From positions 39,930,001-39,994,000 of the forward strand of contig NC_058368.1 in assembly GCF_018350175.1 (NCBI RefSeq): a stretch of DNA of 64,000 nucleotides. Direction: 5' to 3'. Shown here one piece after another: positions 13,400 through 26,619 of this stretch; the stretch's first letter is position 1, and each line of letters opens with the position of its first letter. The position numbers and the translations under genes are program-made. The notes under the pieces are model-generated. The model had not been told where the DNA came from, ran no database searches, and saw only the letters and a program-made list of their open reading frames with translations. Origin of the DNA: Felis catus. Taxonomy: Eukaryota.

Positions 13400-14250
13400 T
13401 TCCTGTCATATTTACTCAGACAAAAATGTTTAATCTCTGGCCCCAATTTTTTTTCTCTCTATCTCAATTCTGTTCACCACTTTCGATGATTTTATAGTTC
13501 ACATGGAGGGGACTTCCACACAGGGGCTTCAGCACCTTATCTCTTCTTTAACTCCTCTCCAGAATCTCAAGGCTGCTTCCTAGCTCTTTCTTTGCAAAAA
13601 TAAGCTAGAAAAAAATTGGAAAATTTCCAAAATCATACATTCAGATATTCCACTGTTATAGCAAAACCTCCTTATCCTTCCATCTAATAATGTAATTCTT
13701 CATCTTCACCAAGGCTATCAGAACTTTTCTTTCTCCAACTTCAATATACCCTTCATTTTATTTATCTTCTTTCCTACTTATTCAGCTTGGATACTATGGC
13801 TCAGAATTATAATCATTCCCTTGCAATCATTATTAAAGATCTTATCTTTGCACTTTCCTGAGAAAACACTAATTTTGGAGTATCTGTTCATATACATATG
13901 TATTGATGGATCGGAGCATCATTGCTGAAAAATTAAGACAATACAGCAGAATGCCTTTACTTAAAAGAGGGATTAAAAACATTTCAATATATTTTAAACC
14001 ACTGCTGGAATTGCTTCTGTAATTCTCTAATAACCTTTACACAAAGACTCCTCAAAACTCTCCACCTTTTTTTTTTTATTTTGAGGATCTCTTGATGATG
14101 TTACCTCTTGCTCCACTTTTCCTCACTTTCCCTACATCCAATTCATCATGTGTCTAAAATATTCACTTTCCAAGATAAATTCTGTATGTCTTCACCTACA
14201 CCTGTACTTAGGATACAGTAAACATTCAATAAGCATTTACTAAGGGAACA
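13400..14250 (+). mobile_element. L2 relic
   Basis: Pyrimidine-rich L2-like body ('gaattataatcattcccttgcaatc'), ending 'taggatacagtaaacattcaataagcatttactaa' like the L2 3' end. Confidence 0.55.
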
Positions 14251-14399
14251 AATTTAATCATTCCCAAGGCACTTTTATTCCAGTTTTCCCATTGATACAT
14301 ACAAGTCTTATAAATCACAGCTCGCATGACTCAGTCCTGCAATATGACTGAAGCCAAAGAGCAGCCTGTGAAGCTTAAATTTTTTAAAACTCAAACTTT

Positions 14400-16700
14400 G
14401 TTTGTCTTAGACTCCATGAGCAATATTTTAGAAATGCTTATTACAATTCCCATTATCAGCTTTTATATACAGTCCTCAAAAACTGCACACCTCACAGTTG
14501 TCTCTATAACTTCCCCAGATCTTTCCACTTTGTATTCACCTACCCTTACCATATGCACCTCTATTTTCTTCCACCCACATTATTTTCATCTTAATCACAT
14601 TACTGGAGGAACTATGTGGCAAAAGAGTATCACCTGCATGAGTTTCATGTTCTGTAATGTCCTCTCTGAATGCATATATCTCTGTATCTCTCTGTAGATA
14701 CAAATATAAATTTTTGGCATGTGTTTCCATTAAATTACAGTGAAAGATAGCCTGCAAGAATTTCTTTTTGTGCCTTGCATACTTTGCTTGAGAGTGTGTT
14801 TGTGTGTGTGTGTGTGTCAGTGTGCATGAACGTGCATGTGAGTGGTTTATAACTGGTCAAATTCATATGATGTAACTGTTTGAAAAAAATACTTTTGCTT
14901 TCAAAAAATAAGCCTATGTAGTGTTCAATTAGGCTTGTAGACTATATCATTAAATATGCTATAATGGTATTGTTGATTTTACATGATCTGTTTATTTCTG
15001 AAAAACATGTTTTAAAGTCCCCTATTGTGACTGTGTATTTGCCATACTAATTGTGTTATCCTTTATGTATTCCAAATATATATCATCAGATGCATAATGA
15101 TTTATAATCTTATAGCTTTCTATAGTTTTATTGTAATCAAAACAAAATAGTCCTGCTTCTTTTTATGCTTTTGATATGTCATTGTTTATTCTTTTATCAG
15201 TTTTACTAGACCTACATTTTTGGTTTCTTCATAAAATATTAAAGTTTCCTTCTGTTAAAGCTATTCTGTTATTTGGTGTTTTTTTTTTATATCTGTTTTA
15301 GAGGAAACTGTTAGCTCAATTTCATTCTAATATGGGATTCTCTGACTTTTAAATGGGCATATTCATCCATTTGCATGTAGGGGAATAAGCAATATGTTTG
15401 GCTTTCTTCCTCATTAGAATAGTATTAATAGGTTTAGAATGTAAATACAATTTAGGCTCCCAAGTTATTCTGCTTCCATTTTCTTTTTTTTAATGTATTT
15501 CCCACTTCCCTCTTTTTGTTGGATCCATTTTTTTCCCCTCTACATTGTTGTAGTGGTATGGAATATATTCATATTTTCTCTAGGGTATTCAATTATTACC
15601 CTTAAATTACTGATGTTAAAATGTACAATATTGCATTATTGTGGAGAATAGGGATAAAAAATAATATGGCATCAACTACACCAAGTTTTTTGCAAATATT
15701 AAGACCTTTATTTTTGGTGTCATGATTATTTATTTTTCATCACAAATACCTTCATTATTTAACCACACATAGTTACCTTCAACAATGAGATCATCTGGAT
15801 TCCACATCCAGATTTTTTAAAGGCATATGTTAGCAATTGTTTGCACTATCTGTAATCATTAGTGATTTGTAAATTACTGTCTCTTATTTTTATACCTTCC
15901 TTCCTCTTTTTTAGACTCATTTTTCTTCTTGCCATAATATATCCTTTGCAATTTTTTTCACAAATGTTATTAAATAATTAAGATTTTGAAACCCTATATG
16001 TCTAAAAATGCCTTCATTTAATATTAATTTTTCTGAGTAGATAACTTGATTTTCAAAATAAATTTTGCTCAGTACTTTGAAGTTATTACTTCTTTGTTTC
16101 CTAGCACCCAATGTTAAAGTGAAGAAATCTCACACCAATCTTCTCATTATTTTCGGAATGTTTAATTTCTATTTCTTTTTTCTCTCATGTTCTGTATTTT
16201 ACTTTTACTATTTTTTTTTATATTTTAAAGAGACAGCGTGCGCGGGGAAGAGGGGCAGAGGGAGAGAAAGAGAATGTTAAGCAAGCTCCACCCTCAACTC
16301 AGAGCGCAAGCCTGACATAAAGCCGATTCACAGGACCCTGCGATCATGACCTGAGCCAAAATCAAGAGTCAGGCAATCGATTGAGTCACCCAGGCTCCCC
16401 ATCTCCTGTTCCATATTTTAAATTCCATTCTTTACTCTCCATTTTATGATTTATATTCCAGATTATAACTTGATACCCTATTAAATTACTAATCACTTCT
16501 AAGAATTTATAAATTTTTAAGACATACTTTTCACAGTCAGCAAGTTTTTAACTTCTAGATCCAATATCCTCTCAAATTTATGTGAAGTACAGCTTAGAAT
16601 TATTTTCAAGTTATTTTTGTTACCTGAATTATGCTGTTTTTATGTAATCATTGTTTTATTTGGTTTTTCTTTTTAATTCCTATTTATTCTTAAATGTCTG
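14400..16700 (-). mobile_element. Ancient L1M/L1ME fragments
   Basis: T-rich antisense L1 motifs, e.g. 'ttaaagtcccctattgtgactgtgtatttg' and 'ctcagtactttgaagttattactctttgtttcctagc...gaagaaatct'. Interrupted by a SINE at 16202. Confidence 0.6.
16202..16400 (-). mobile_element. Older CanSINE
   Basis: Antisense SINE ('gatcatgacctgagccaaaatcaagagtc...gtcacccaggctcccc'). Degenerate TSD tctcatgttctgtatttta / tctcctgttccatatttta. Confidence 0.9.
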
Positions 16701-18073
16701 ACAAGAATTGATAATCTGGTCACATACATAATTAAAGGATCTCTTCTGTTTGGAAATCTACATGAGTTTTAAATATCATGTGTTCTGTACCACTACTAAC
16801 CTTCTCCCCTAAGTTAATACTAATTTTCAGCCCTTTTTCTTTAAGGGAAATGGTATTTTTTGGATAAGCTGCATTTTTGATACAAACATTTGAAGGACCA
16901 AGGCATCGTATGCTATTGTTTTCTGTCCTTCATGTTTCCTGATCTGTGTTTCCTTTTTCCAAATATCCAATTAACTTTCCATTTTCTAAGGACTCCACAA
17001 TTTTTAGTCTACTGATGGTAAATTTCTTCTTTCCATTTTCATTTTTAGAATATTTTATTAAAATATTCTAAACTGAGAAACCATTGGTAGCTTTCTGCGA
17101 TGCCTGCAAAGCCAAAAGTAGTTCTTTCTGATTTTGAATTCCCATGAGTCTTTAACTGGTCTGTAAACAGAATTTTTCTTTATTAATTCCCATTCAGGAA
17201 AATACCTAAATAGGTTTCTGTTTCATAAAAGCTGATTGATTGATACCATCTCTTAAAATCATCCTGAGCTATGCCAGAAAGCAAGAGTAGAGAGGTGAAA
17301 ATAGATACTGGTTGGATTTCTGGATGAAGGGAAAAATAATGGCATTGGCTTCTACAAGTTACCACATTGGGCCACTACATTAATGAGCACAGAAAGGCTT
17401 TTTGGCTTTTTACCTGGGCAGAAAGTATATAGATCTTGGAGAAGAACTGTCTTATTATTTTCTAAATCAGAAGATGACTCTGGCTGCTGTTCTAAATAGT
17501 ATATATTTGTGGGAAAATATTGCTTCAGCCCCAGTACCTGGCATGAACCCGCTCACCTGGAATTTGTTTTCATTACTTCTCTACAACAATTGTAAAGACT
17601 GCTAAAAATAGCTTGAGTCTTAGCCTGCAGGGCTAAAAGTACAACTTCATAGTATTGTTTCAGGGCTACACAAAATTCTCTGCTCTCTGCCAAGAGATAT
17701 TTTAAGTGTGCTCCTCAAACCCACTTACAAAGTATATCATAAAACTATCAGTCTTGGGTAGGAATGAGGATAAAATAAGGCTTTGCAGCAATTCCAAAAA
17801 TCAGTGAAAACAGTGAAATCTGTTATTCCACCTGAGACTTAAGACCCAGCATATCCAGTATTATTCAAAGTTGCTGTGGCAAATATAGATAATGTACTGA
17901 ACCACTGGAAATCAGTTTGAGAATGACAGCATAGGCCTGTAGAGTTTGGGAGCGACTCTCTATCATCTTTGGAAGGTAGTTATTCTCCTTTTGAGAAGTA
18001 GCTCCTAGATATTTTACTCACCCCTGGTAGAGATGGAAAGTATATCCAATGATACTCAAAATTTCTGTGAAAA

Positions 18074-18282
18074 CTTAACAGAAGGCCATGGGGGAGGGGG
18101 AAGGGAAAAAAATGGTTAGAGAGGGAGTGAGCCAAAACATAAGAGACTCCTAAAAACTGAGAACAAACTGAGGGTTTATGGGGGGTGGAGGGGTGGGTGG
18201 GTGATGGGTATTGAGGATCACACCTGTTGGGATGAGCACTGGGTATTGTATGGAAACCAATTTGACAATAAATTTCATTAAA
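18074..18282 (+). mobile_element. Short felid L1 3'UTR insertion nested in the ERV-L
   Basis: 'cttaacagaaggccatgggggagggg...ggaaaccaatttgacaataaatttcat' matches the 3'UTR of the L1 at 52593. Approximate TSD AAAATTTCTGTGAAAA / AAAATTCTGTTAAAA. Confidence 0.9.
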
Positions 18283-19429
18283 AAAATTCTGTTAAAAATA
18301 TAAATGTTGTATGAAGTCCCTGGAATCTCTGATTAGAAAATAATGGCAAAGACTTCTAGATTTTGAGACCAAATTCATGTGTCCCTCTGATAACTATGGT
18401 CCTTTTGAGAAACAGCCTTGGGCTTCTAATCAACACAGGGAGTCACTGTAAGCCTAATAACAGGAAATTAATGATCATGTGAATTGAAATGTTTATCATT
18501 AACTATTATATTTTCCACCAAACTATAGTCTTGTGTTATGAAGAAGCAATCTATCATCAAGTGAAAAATAGCAGATAAGAAATTAAGCTCAAGAAAATCT
18601 GAAAGATGGATGGAAGTCACAAGACCTCATAGTTCATATTACATCAGTATCAACACCTGTGACATTGTCTATCTTTTTACCCAGGCACCCAAGCACCTGT
18701 ATCTTCCTTAATCCAGATGTATGGTCTCGTGGATAGTATCTTATGGTCAGTTGACTGAGGAGAAGAAGACTCGTTATGGATTTATAGATACTCTACATTC
18801 TATACTGGTTCTAAATGTAACTGAATAGATGCAAAGATACACATCCTAATCCAGAAGGGCCCTAAAGGACAACAGATAGATAAGTCTTTCCAGTGGGTAG
18901 AAATGCAGGCAGTACACCTGGTTTCTTACTTAATATGAACTGAGAAATTGCAATAAATAAAGACTGTCATGGATTCACCAACAGTTGTTCACAGCTTGGA
19001 TGGATGATCAGGACTTGAACAGGATTGGAAGACTGGTAGCAAGGAGGTCTGAGGAAGAATATTGGGTCCCAGAATTACCAAAGATTGTGAAGATATTTGT
19101 GTTCCATGAGTTACTTCCCAAAAGTCATCCTCTGCAGAAGAGGTTTTCAATAATCAGGTGGACTAGATGACATATGACAGGGACACAGTTTCTTTATTCA
19201 GCCATACTGTACTTACACATGAACCCAATTAAAAAATATCATGATGTTTGTGATGTAAGTACAGAAATTCCCTTCAACAGGTTATATCAAGTATGTAACC
19301 TGTTAACAGCTGAGAAAAACACTGTTTTCTATATGGAACCATTTCCTGGTAGGATGATTGCATTGGACACATTGTATCATCAGAGGAATAGTTATTTGTT
19401 CTCAAAGGAACAGAAATATATTGTGGATA

Positions 19430-19979
19430 TATATGGGAAATAAGTTTAAGAATTCTGTATGCTTGCACCAATGGGTTAACAAGGCTTAGGGCAGAAAGCG
19501 AAGCAGAACAAAAGCTCCCAAGGTTAGTCATTAAGTAAAACAAAGCATAGGGCAGAAAGCTGCCACAGGGCAAAAGTGCCCAAGGTCAGCTAGTGAAAAG
19601 GGTGCCTTGTTAGCCTTGAGGCAGCATGCTCCAGCAATCTTAAACTTTGGAGATACCAGCTACTTAGCTGTATTACCTACAAAGAAACACTGTCCATCTG
19701 ACACCTGGCGCCAATATATCATTGTGCTTTAATCTCAACTTCTTAAACCACTTGCCTCCCAAACTCTTTGCTTCTTACACACAAGTGAATGGTCACTATC
19801 TTATTGTTTTCTTCTGCACGTTCGCCCTATATGTAGAACCTTGACAGCTCAATAAATACAGAGGCAAAACCCTTGTTCAGGGCTCTTGTCTCCTCCCCAA
19901 CATTAGCCTCTCTTGTTTTCATTTCTGCATTTGCTCTCTTGCTGGATAAGAGAGAACTCCAGACTCATAGTCTATGACA
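19430..19979 (+). mobile_element. Solo LTR (probably carnivore ERV1-class) nested in the ERV-L integrase
   Basis: About 550 bp interrupting the ERV-L 'tgtggatat|...|gatatagaattgcatttccc' sequence. Ends in CA, AATAAA at 19851, internal repeat agggcagaaagc twice, GATA(TA) duplicated on both flanks. Confidence 0.8.
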
Positions 19980-21250
19980 GATATAGAATTGCATTTCCCT
20001 CCCATAGCATTTGTAGGACTATCATCCATGAACCATCAACGACCTCATTTACCAACATGGAAGTCTGTACACAATTACTTTTGATAAAGGAAAATATTCA
20101 CAGAATAAGTAGTATAGCAATGGGCTCATGCCCATAGAATTCATAGGTCTTACCACATGACCCATTGGCTACAAGTAATTGGCCTGGGGGAATAAGTCCA
20201 TGCCTCTACCAATGTATGCCAGTTGGGAGATAACATCCAGGAAGAATGGGCTTCTATCCTATAAAATGTAGTACAGCCTATGAATCAGTGACCAAGATAT
20301 AGTGCAGAGTATCTTGGAATGAAGTAGTAAAAATTAGAGTGGTTCCTCTCATGACTACATATAATATCTTACCCTATTTTTTCCCACATGTTTGAGTTCT
20401 GCTGATGTGGAGATCTTGGTTTCTAAGAAGGATATTTTTAGAGAGGATACAACATTGTTCTACTAACTTAGAGAAACTGCCACTCAGCTATTAGCTTTTT
20501 TGTTTTTGTTTGTTGTTTCATGATCTTGAACCAACAGACAAAGAAGTTTATTCTATTGGCTGCGTGATTAAGATTTCAAGGGGAAATAGTATTGCTGTTC
20601 CTCAATAGGGGTCTGGGAGGATTATGCCTGGAATCTCTACAGGGTGCCTCTTAGGAGTTTAATGTCCAATAGTAAAAGTTAATACAAAACTACAGCGAAT
20701 AAACAAAGGAAGAACCATTAAGGATTCAGTCTCTTCAGGAATGAAGATGTTTACCATTCTAGCAGGTACAGAACTAGGTCTACTGAATCCTTATCTAAGA
20801 ACAATGGAAACAGGGAAATAATAGTAGCAGATCAACTATGGATGCGGGACCGGTTACAGCTGTACCAGTTACGTATATTTTCCTTTGGTTGTTATACCTG
20901 TGTCTTTCTCTACATCTATATGTAGAGAATATATGTTTTCATTTTTTTTTTTTGCTTTCTCCTTTTGTACTTCTCTAATTACTTTACACAAATATCTTTC
21001 TTAGTGGTTATTTTACATTTTTTTCTCTAGATATAAAATGTTCAGAGGGGATAAAGATGTGAGAAGCAATTAACGCAGGCTACAGACAGATATTGTGACT
21101 CTCTCCCGGGTATGGATCTACTGACTGATTGTGGGGACTTTTATAATTTTGAGAAGAGTGGAAGAGTAATTTTGTTCATACAAAATGAAAATTGCCTCTT
21201 GTTAAGAAAAATCAGAGGTTGTTTTTGTTGTTAAAATATTTGTGGATGCT

Positions 21251-21783
21251 GTGCTAGATAATTACCTATTAGCTCTCACCTTCAAACCACCTTCCTATAT
21301 TCTAGCTATGCTGGTGATGGGAATCTGCAAACCACATTTATATGTTATCAGCTGGATCTCTGTTAGACTCTGCCAACATGGGATTTTATAGTGAGGAAGA
21401 AAGGATGGCAGAGGAAGAAGGAGCTTGCTGCTTGCTTCTCTCTTGCTTCAAGTAAGAGCAGCTGATTTCAGTTTTCAGGTTTCACACACGATCAGAACTG
21501 GCCTCTGTGCATCTCCTCAGGATAGCTGTCTGGCTCCCCATCCTCTGAGATCTGAGTCCCAGATCCATGGGGTCTCTTTTCAGTTTTAAGAATACCATAG
21601 ACTTCCTTTTGTTTCCTCCGGCACAGGGGTTAGATTTGCTTTCTGCAATTATTAACTTGAATCCTTACTCTCATCCTAGAAGCCTTTTCAATTCTCTAAT
21701 GCCCGGTTAATGGTTTTTATATCAAATCTCCCTGTTAAAATAATTGGTATGAGTTCTGCTTATTGCCTGACTCTCACTGATAG
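21251..21783 (+). mobile_element. LTR33-like ERV-L LTR (3' LTR of the preceding provirus)
   Basis: Starts TG. Motifs 'caaaccaccttcctat...gggaatctgcaaaccacatt...cagctggatctctgttagactctgccaa' and end 'ctgttaaaataattggtatgagttctgc...cactgata' match the recalled LTR33 consensus. Confidence 0.75.
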
Positions 21784-21789
21784 AGACAT

Positions 21790-22425
21790 TATACTAAGTA
21801 TTGAAGGTATAATGAATGAGGCAAAGTTCCTATCCACAGGTTCACAATAATGAAGGGAGAGGACAAGTAAATAGGGAATTACAATACAGTGCATTATGCA
21901 GAAGCTATTTTTGCAAAGCCCCAGAGATAATATAAAACCATCTTGAAGCACATGCATTTCTTTCATTGTTACACTGTTTTCTCTGCCTAGAACATTTCAC
22001 TGATTCTTTCATTCATTCATTCAACTGATATTTATCAGCAGTCTATATAAATCTGCAAGACTTCTGGCGATAAATTGCTAGCCAAAAAAAGGAAAATTAT
22101 GTTCCTGCTGTCATGCAGTTTACCATCTATAGCCGATGACACACATTAAACAATAGAGAGATCTATAATTACAAATTCTGATACAATAAATGCTCTGAAG
22201 GAAAAATACAGGGAGCAAGGGAAAAATATTATAGGAAAGCTTCATCTGTTCTGGTGAATCAGATAAGTTTTCTCTGATGAAGTGACACCTAAGCTGAAAT
22301 TATACAATTTAAGGGAAGTTAAATAAAGGAAAGGGAAAGAAATATAAAGAAAACATATCCTAAGCTTGAGGAGCAGCCTTTACAAAGAACTAAGTTGATA
22401 GAATGCACAATTAACTTTATGGAGT
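21790..22425 (-). mobile_element. L2 3'-end fragments
   Basis: 'cattcattcattcaactgatatttat...gttcctgctgtcatgcagtttaccatcta...gtgacacctaagctgaa' is antisense L2 3' end. Confidence 0.7.
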
Positions 22426-23664
22426 GAAAATGAACCATCAGCATTCTCTCTACATCTTCCGCTTTCTTCTTTCATTAGGTATCACCTTCTATAATTCTTG
22501 GGGCGTTTTTTACACTGATTTTCCTATCAAATGTTGCATGACTACCTACCTGAATTGCTTCCCTTATACCACCCCAAAACAGGTCTATTTACCTGCTATG
22601 TGCTGATCTAACCTCCTTACTATGACTTTTCAGCATGCTATTCATATAATTATCTCCTTTACTATGGTCAATCAAGTATAGTGTCTGATACATAGGTAGA
22701 TTTTCCCAAGCACCAGTCATTCCAACACCATTTCATGAGTATTGCTAAAGCTAAATTTATATATACTATTGTTTTCAAAATCTTTTTTCTTAATTTTGAT
22801 TCACTTTACTTAAATGGATATCTTAATATGAGACATTATATCAAAATTGCTAATTGTATATAGATACATAAGAAATCAGGGGGTAGAAACAAAAATAAAC
22901 AGTAAAAATAATATAATGTTACATACATAATTTTAATAAAGACATGAATAATAAATCAGTGTAATATACTAATTCATATATACATGAAAAGAGGTCCTCA
23001 ATAAAAAAAATAATAAAGAAGCTTATGATCAGTAAAGAATAAATGGAATTTCACTTGAATGTTATTTAGTTTAAAATTCAGTTGTACTAATCTTTATATG
23101 AGGCTAATTACTAACCAGAGAGTGATAGTTACCATGTTTTCTGATGCTGAGTTCTAATTCTCAAATTAAAAATGACGACACGACCACAGCACAATTATAA
23201 ATTATATTTTCAGTGGATTTCAATGGCTACCTGAGTCATGAGAAAAATCAGTAAAAGTTGAGTCTCTCATATTTTCATCAGATTGGAGGACCATCTTTAC
23301 TCCAAGAAAAAGGATTTTTTTTAAACCTTAAAATTCATATATCTTCCTTTTTCTCCCTATTATATTCATTGTCTTTCCATATCACAGGCTGAGAAAAGGA
23401 AGCCTACAAGTCTGGGACTGCAGCAAGGATCCTTCAGTCCTAGAGTCACCCATCATCTTGAGTAGGTTTCAGAAGTAAAGAATATGGTGTCAACATCATA
23501 GCTGCCACAATGACATGGTCTCAATACTCATTTTACCAGGCCATAATGCTGGCCTCTGATCAAAGAGTAAGATACTTCTGCATCTGTAGCTTCTCAACTG
23601 GTCTCATCAACATTATGCACACCACATTCTAGAGGGAAAAAATGTACACTGAAAGCAAGATATT

Positions 23665-23695
23665 TACACATATACATATATATATACATACTTAT

Positions 23696-23735
<40 letters not shown>
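23665..23735. repeat. (TA)/(CA)n microsatellite
   Basis: Direct reading. Confidence 0.95.
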
Positions 23736-24889
23736 GCACCTTGATCGGACTTCAAAAGAGTATAAATGAGAAGTCCACATTGAAAGAGAACAAGACTAAA
23801 AGCTCAAAGACCAGTTAGAAAGTTATTAATAAGAATAAAAATTAGGTATCTACTTTGATCCAGGAATTCTTCTGTGTAGTTTGCATGTAATTCTGAAAAC
23901 ATCGTAAATATTTAGTTGCCAGTATTATTCTTACTTTATGGATGATCAAACCGTGACACTGAAAGTCACACCTAAGTATGGGGAATTAGGAGGCCTGGAA
24001 ATCTGGCAGGCAGAGCCCCTACTCATTTCTGCTACTGTTAATCTAATAGTTGTTACTTGAAATTTGAATTTTCCATTCACCAATACCTTCCTGACAAACT
24101 CAATAAAATCTGAAAACCAGTAAAAAGATGTCCCAGTATGCCAAGGATTCTCTATAATATGCCATAACCAGAGCGACTGTACCAGGTACAAAAGTGAGCA
24201 TCACTACTACGAATTCTTTAACATGGTACTGCACGTTTTCAATGACAATCTCTGACTTATTTATATTCTGATTGCATACATGTTCAGACTGACGGATTTA
24301 ATGATCTGAAGAAAATTACCACTTCTAAATCCTAAAACCAAACTATCAAATACTTAAAAAAAATCTAAAACAGTCCAGAAGCCTTTATGCTACTTTAACA
24401 ATTAACAATCCGACTATCCAGATTAAATAACTTAATCTCTTATCATAGTTTTTGAACCTATAAAATGTAACATCATCAGTTGTGACACTGTTATATGCCG
24501 ACTGTGTTGAAAAATGATTAGGTGAGAGCTAATTAGATTTCTCTGTATTTTTGTAAAAGCAGGAAAGTGTTATCAATGTGCAGAAATCTCCAGAAGGATA
24601 TAAAACACATCAGGTAATGAATAAAAGCAGAATCGTGATGGGAAAGTATCCCGTTCTATTTGCCTCACATAAAAGAGTAATAAGAGTGACAGTGTAACAT
24701 GTTTCCAAAGTTGGTATCTTCCAAGGGTGTTAGGTAGTAAGAATTAGTTTAAAAGTCCAGTGACCCTTGATCTTGTTACTATTGTTATTGTTGCTTTTTC
24801 ATGAGCTCTTACTAGATTATATCTAATCATTTCACAAAAAAGATATTTAAGAAGAGTAGATGATTTTAATCTCTGAAGCACCTGTAAAA

Positions 24890-26480
24890 TTGCTTATTTC
24901 CTTATTAAAATATGTATTTACCTTACTGTATATAGAAAATCAGGCACATTACTAGGAGTTAGGTATACAGAGTTAAACAAAATAGACCTAATTCATGATT
25001 CATGGAACTTGTAGCCTAAAGTAAGAAATATATACAGAAGTAAATAAGTAGGCACAGAAATATAAATGTAAATGCAACACATGATACTACACTCTGATGC
25101 TAAAAAGACAGTACAGAGATTTGAAAATGCAGCTGGGTGGAGGATTATTTAGATATGGTAGTAAGAGAACGTTTTCTGGAGAGAAGAGATTGACACTAAA
25201 AAGACAATTTTTTTTTTAATTTTTAGTTAAGTAATTTCTACACCCAACGTGGGGCTCAAACTAACAACCCCAAGATCAAGAGTTGCATGCTCTTCTGACT
25301 GAGTCAGCCAGGCACCCCCTAAGAAGACAAAATAAATCAATGATGTGAGATAAGGGCAAAGGTATTTCAAGTAGATGAAATAGTATATATAAAAGGGTTT
25401 AGGTAGGAAATGGCATGCCACATAGGAAATCTGAATGGAATTTAGGGGACCCAATCTTAGTTAAGTAGAAGAAAAGAAAGAAATGAGGCAAATGAAACAG
25501 CCAGGTCTAACAATGTAGAATTATTATTTTTTTTGTATACAGTAAAATAGTTTGTTAAAACTGGCAATTTTTGAAGGGTCATATGCTTAGGAATAATACT
25601 GCTTAATTTCTTATTTTTTTAATGTTTCCTTTTACTTCGTGAAACTGACCAGGCAAAGCTAGCATGGTAAGTAGAAGACCCAAGGTAAAGCAATGGTCTA
25701 GAAAACAGATGATAATAATAGATGGATTCATGTAAAGACAACGGAGTAAGAAAATGAAGACTACATTCTACCCTTTTATAAACTAGTAGACTCAGAAATG
25801 TTAGATAAGGGAAAGATCACAAATAATAAGAAGGGTTCCTACCTGAACAAGAGGCATCATGGAGATTCCATTTAATAATACTTGAAGAATATTTAGAAAG
25901 AGCATTCTCTTAGGAATTTATTAAGTTTCCACTGTCTCTGACAAAGATGTTATTAAGTCGGTACACACTTGGAAGAGATGCTTGGGGGTGGCAGCATACT
26001 GCATGTAATTTAAAGACACTGCAATGACACGGGGATAAAATAACTGGATACAGAATGAAATGTGACAAGGATGAGCTGTGATAGGAGAAGACGAATGACT
26101 GTTGGCCTCTGAGAAGGAGAGCCGAAAGAGACAAAAATAATAACACCCCACAGTGTGTGGTATAACTGAAATCCAGAGAAGAGCATATCTTCAAAAAATC
26201 AGATGGCCCCTCTGTCACAGTCACATCGGAGTTTAAATAAGTAAGTGCATGAAGGTTCCATTGGGCCTGACGACATGGTATTTATATGGTTGGGGTCCAT
26301 ATAAATATGATTACTGCAGCAGTGTGGAGTAGAAAGCAAATTCTCATGACATGAAGACAAAATGAGAAATGAGAAAGTGGGTATGTCTGTAGACAGCTCT
26401 TCAAAAACTTGGACTATAAATGCTAGCAGATGAATTAGCTAATAGTTGCAAGAAAATGAGAGGTCAGTGGAATTATTTTT
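24890..26480 (-). mobile_element. L2 relic, interrupted by a SINE
   Basis: Antisense L2 motifs from the 3' end ('caggcacattactagg...catggaacttgtagccta') to the body ('gaaatccagagaagagcatatcttcaa', 'gtagacagctcttcaaaaacttggcta'-like). Confidence 0.65.
25208..25320 (-). mobile_element. Short tRNA-Lys-derived CanSINE lacking the (CT)n body (SINEC_old-like)
   Basis: Minus: GGGGGTGCCTGGCTGACTCAGTCAGAAGAGCATGCAACTCTTGATCTTGGGGTTGTTAGTTTGAGCCCCACGTTGGGTGTAGAAATTACTTAA plus A-tail. Flanked by aagacaa. Confidence 0.88.
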
Positions 26481-26619
26481 AAGGATTAAAGGTGTTACAA
26501 GACCAATCAGTATGCATACTAATACTCTAAGCAACTAAGAGGAACAAAGAAAAGACCAAGAGCGGACCCTCTGGTCTTAATTAGAATAGTAGAAGTAATT
26601 ACAATATTGAAAATAAGTT

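Larger units (their letters stand above)
17520..21245 (+). mobile_element. Decayed class III (ERV-L type) proviral internal region: pol (RT, RNase H, IN) and dUTPase-region remnants
   Basis: Manual translation: YNFIVLFQGYTKFSALC 17640-17690 (RT LPQG motif); DPAYPVLFKVAVA 17843-17881; YSPFEK*LL from 17981; YGQLTEEKKTRYGFIDT from 18742 and KSFQWVEMQAVHLV from 18882 (RNase H); QWAHAHRIHRSYHM 20118-20159 (integrase). All resemble HERV-L/MuERV-L pol. Many stops and frameshifts. Confidence 0.88.

Noticed and set aside
14326..14697. 123-aa ORF
   Set aside because: No recognisable domain or splice context, and it overlaps probable old L1 sequence.
25208..25320. Possible tRNA-Lys gene
   Set aside because: It has an A-tail, a TSD and a SINE-type 3' extension with degraded stems, so it is a tRNA-derived SINE.
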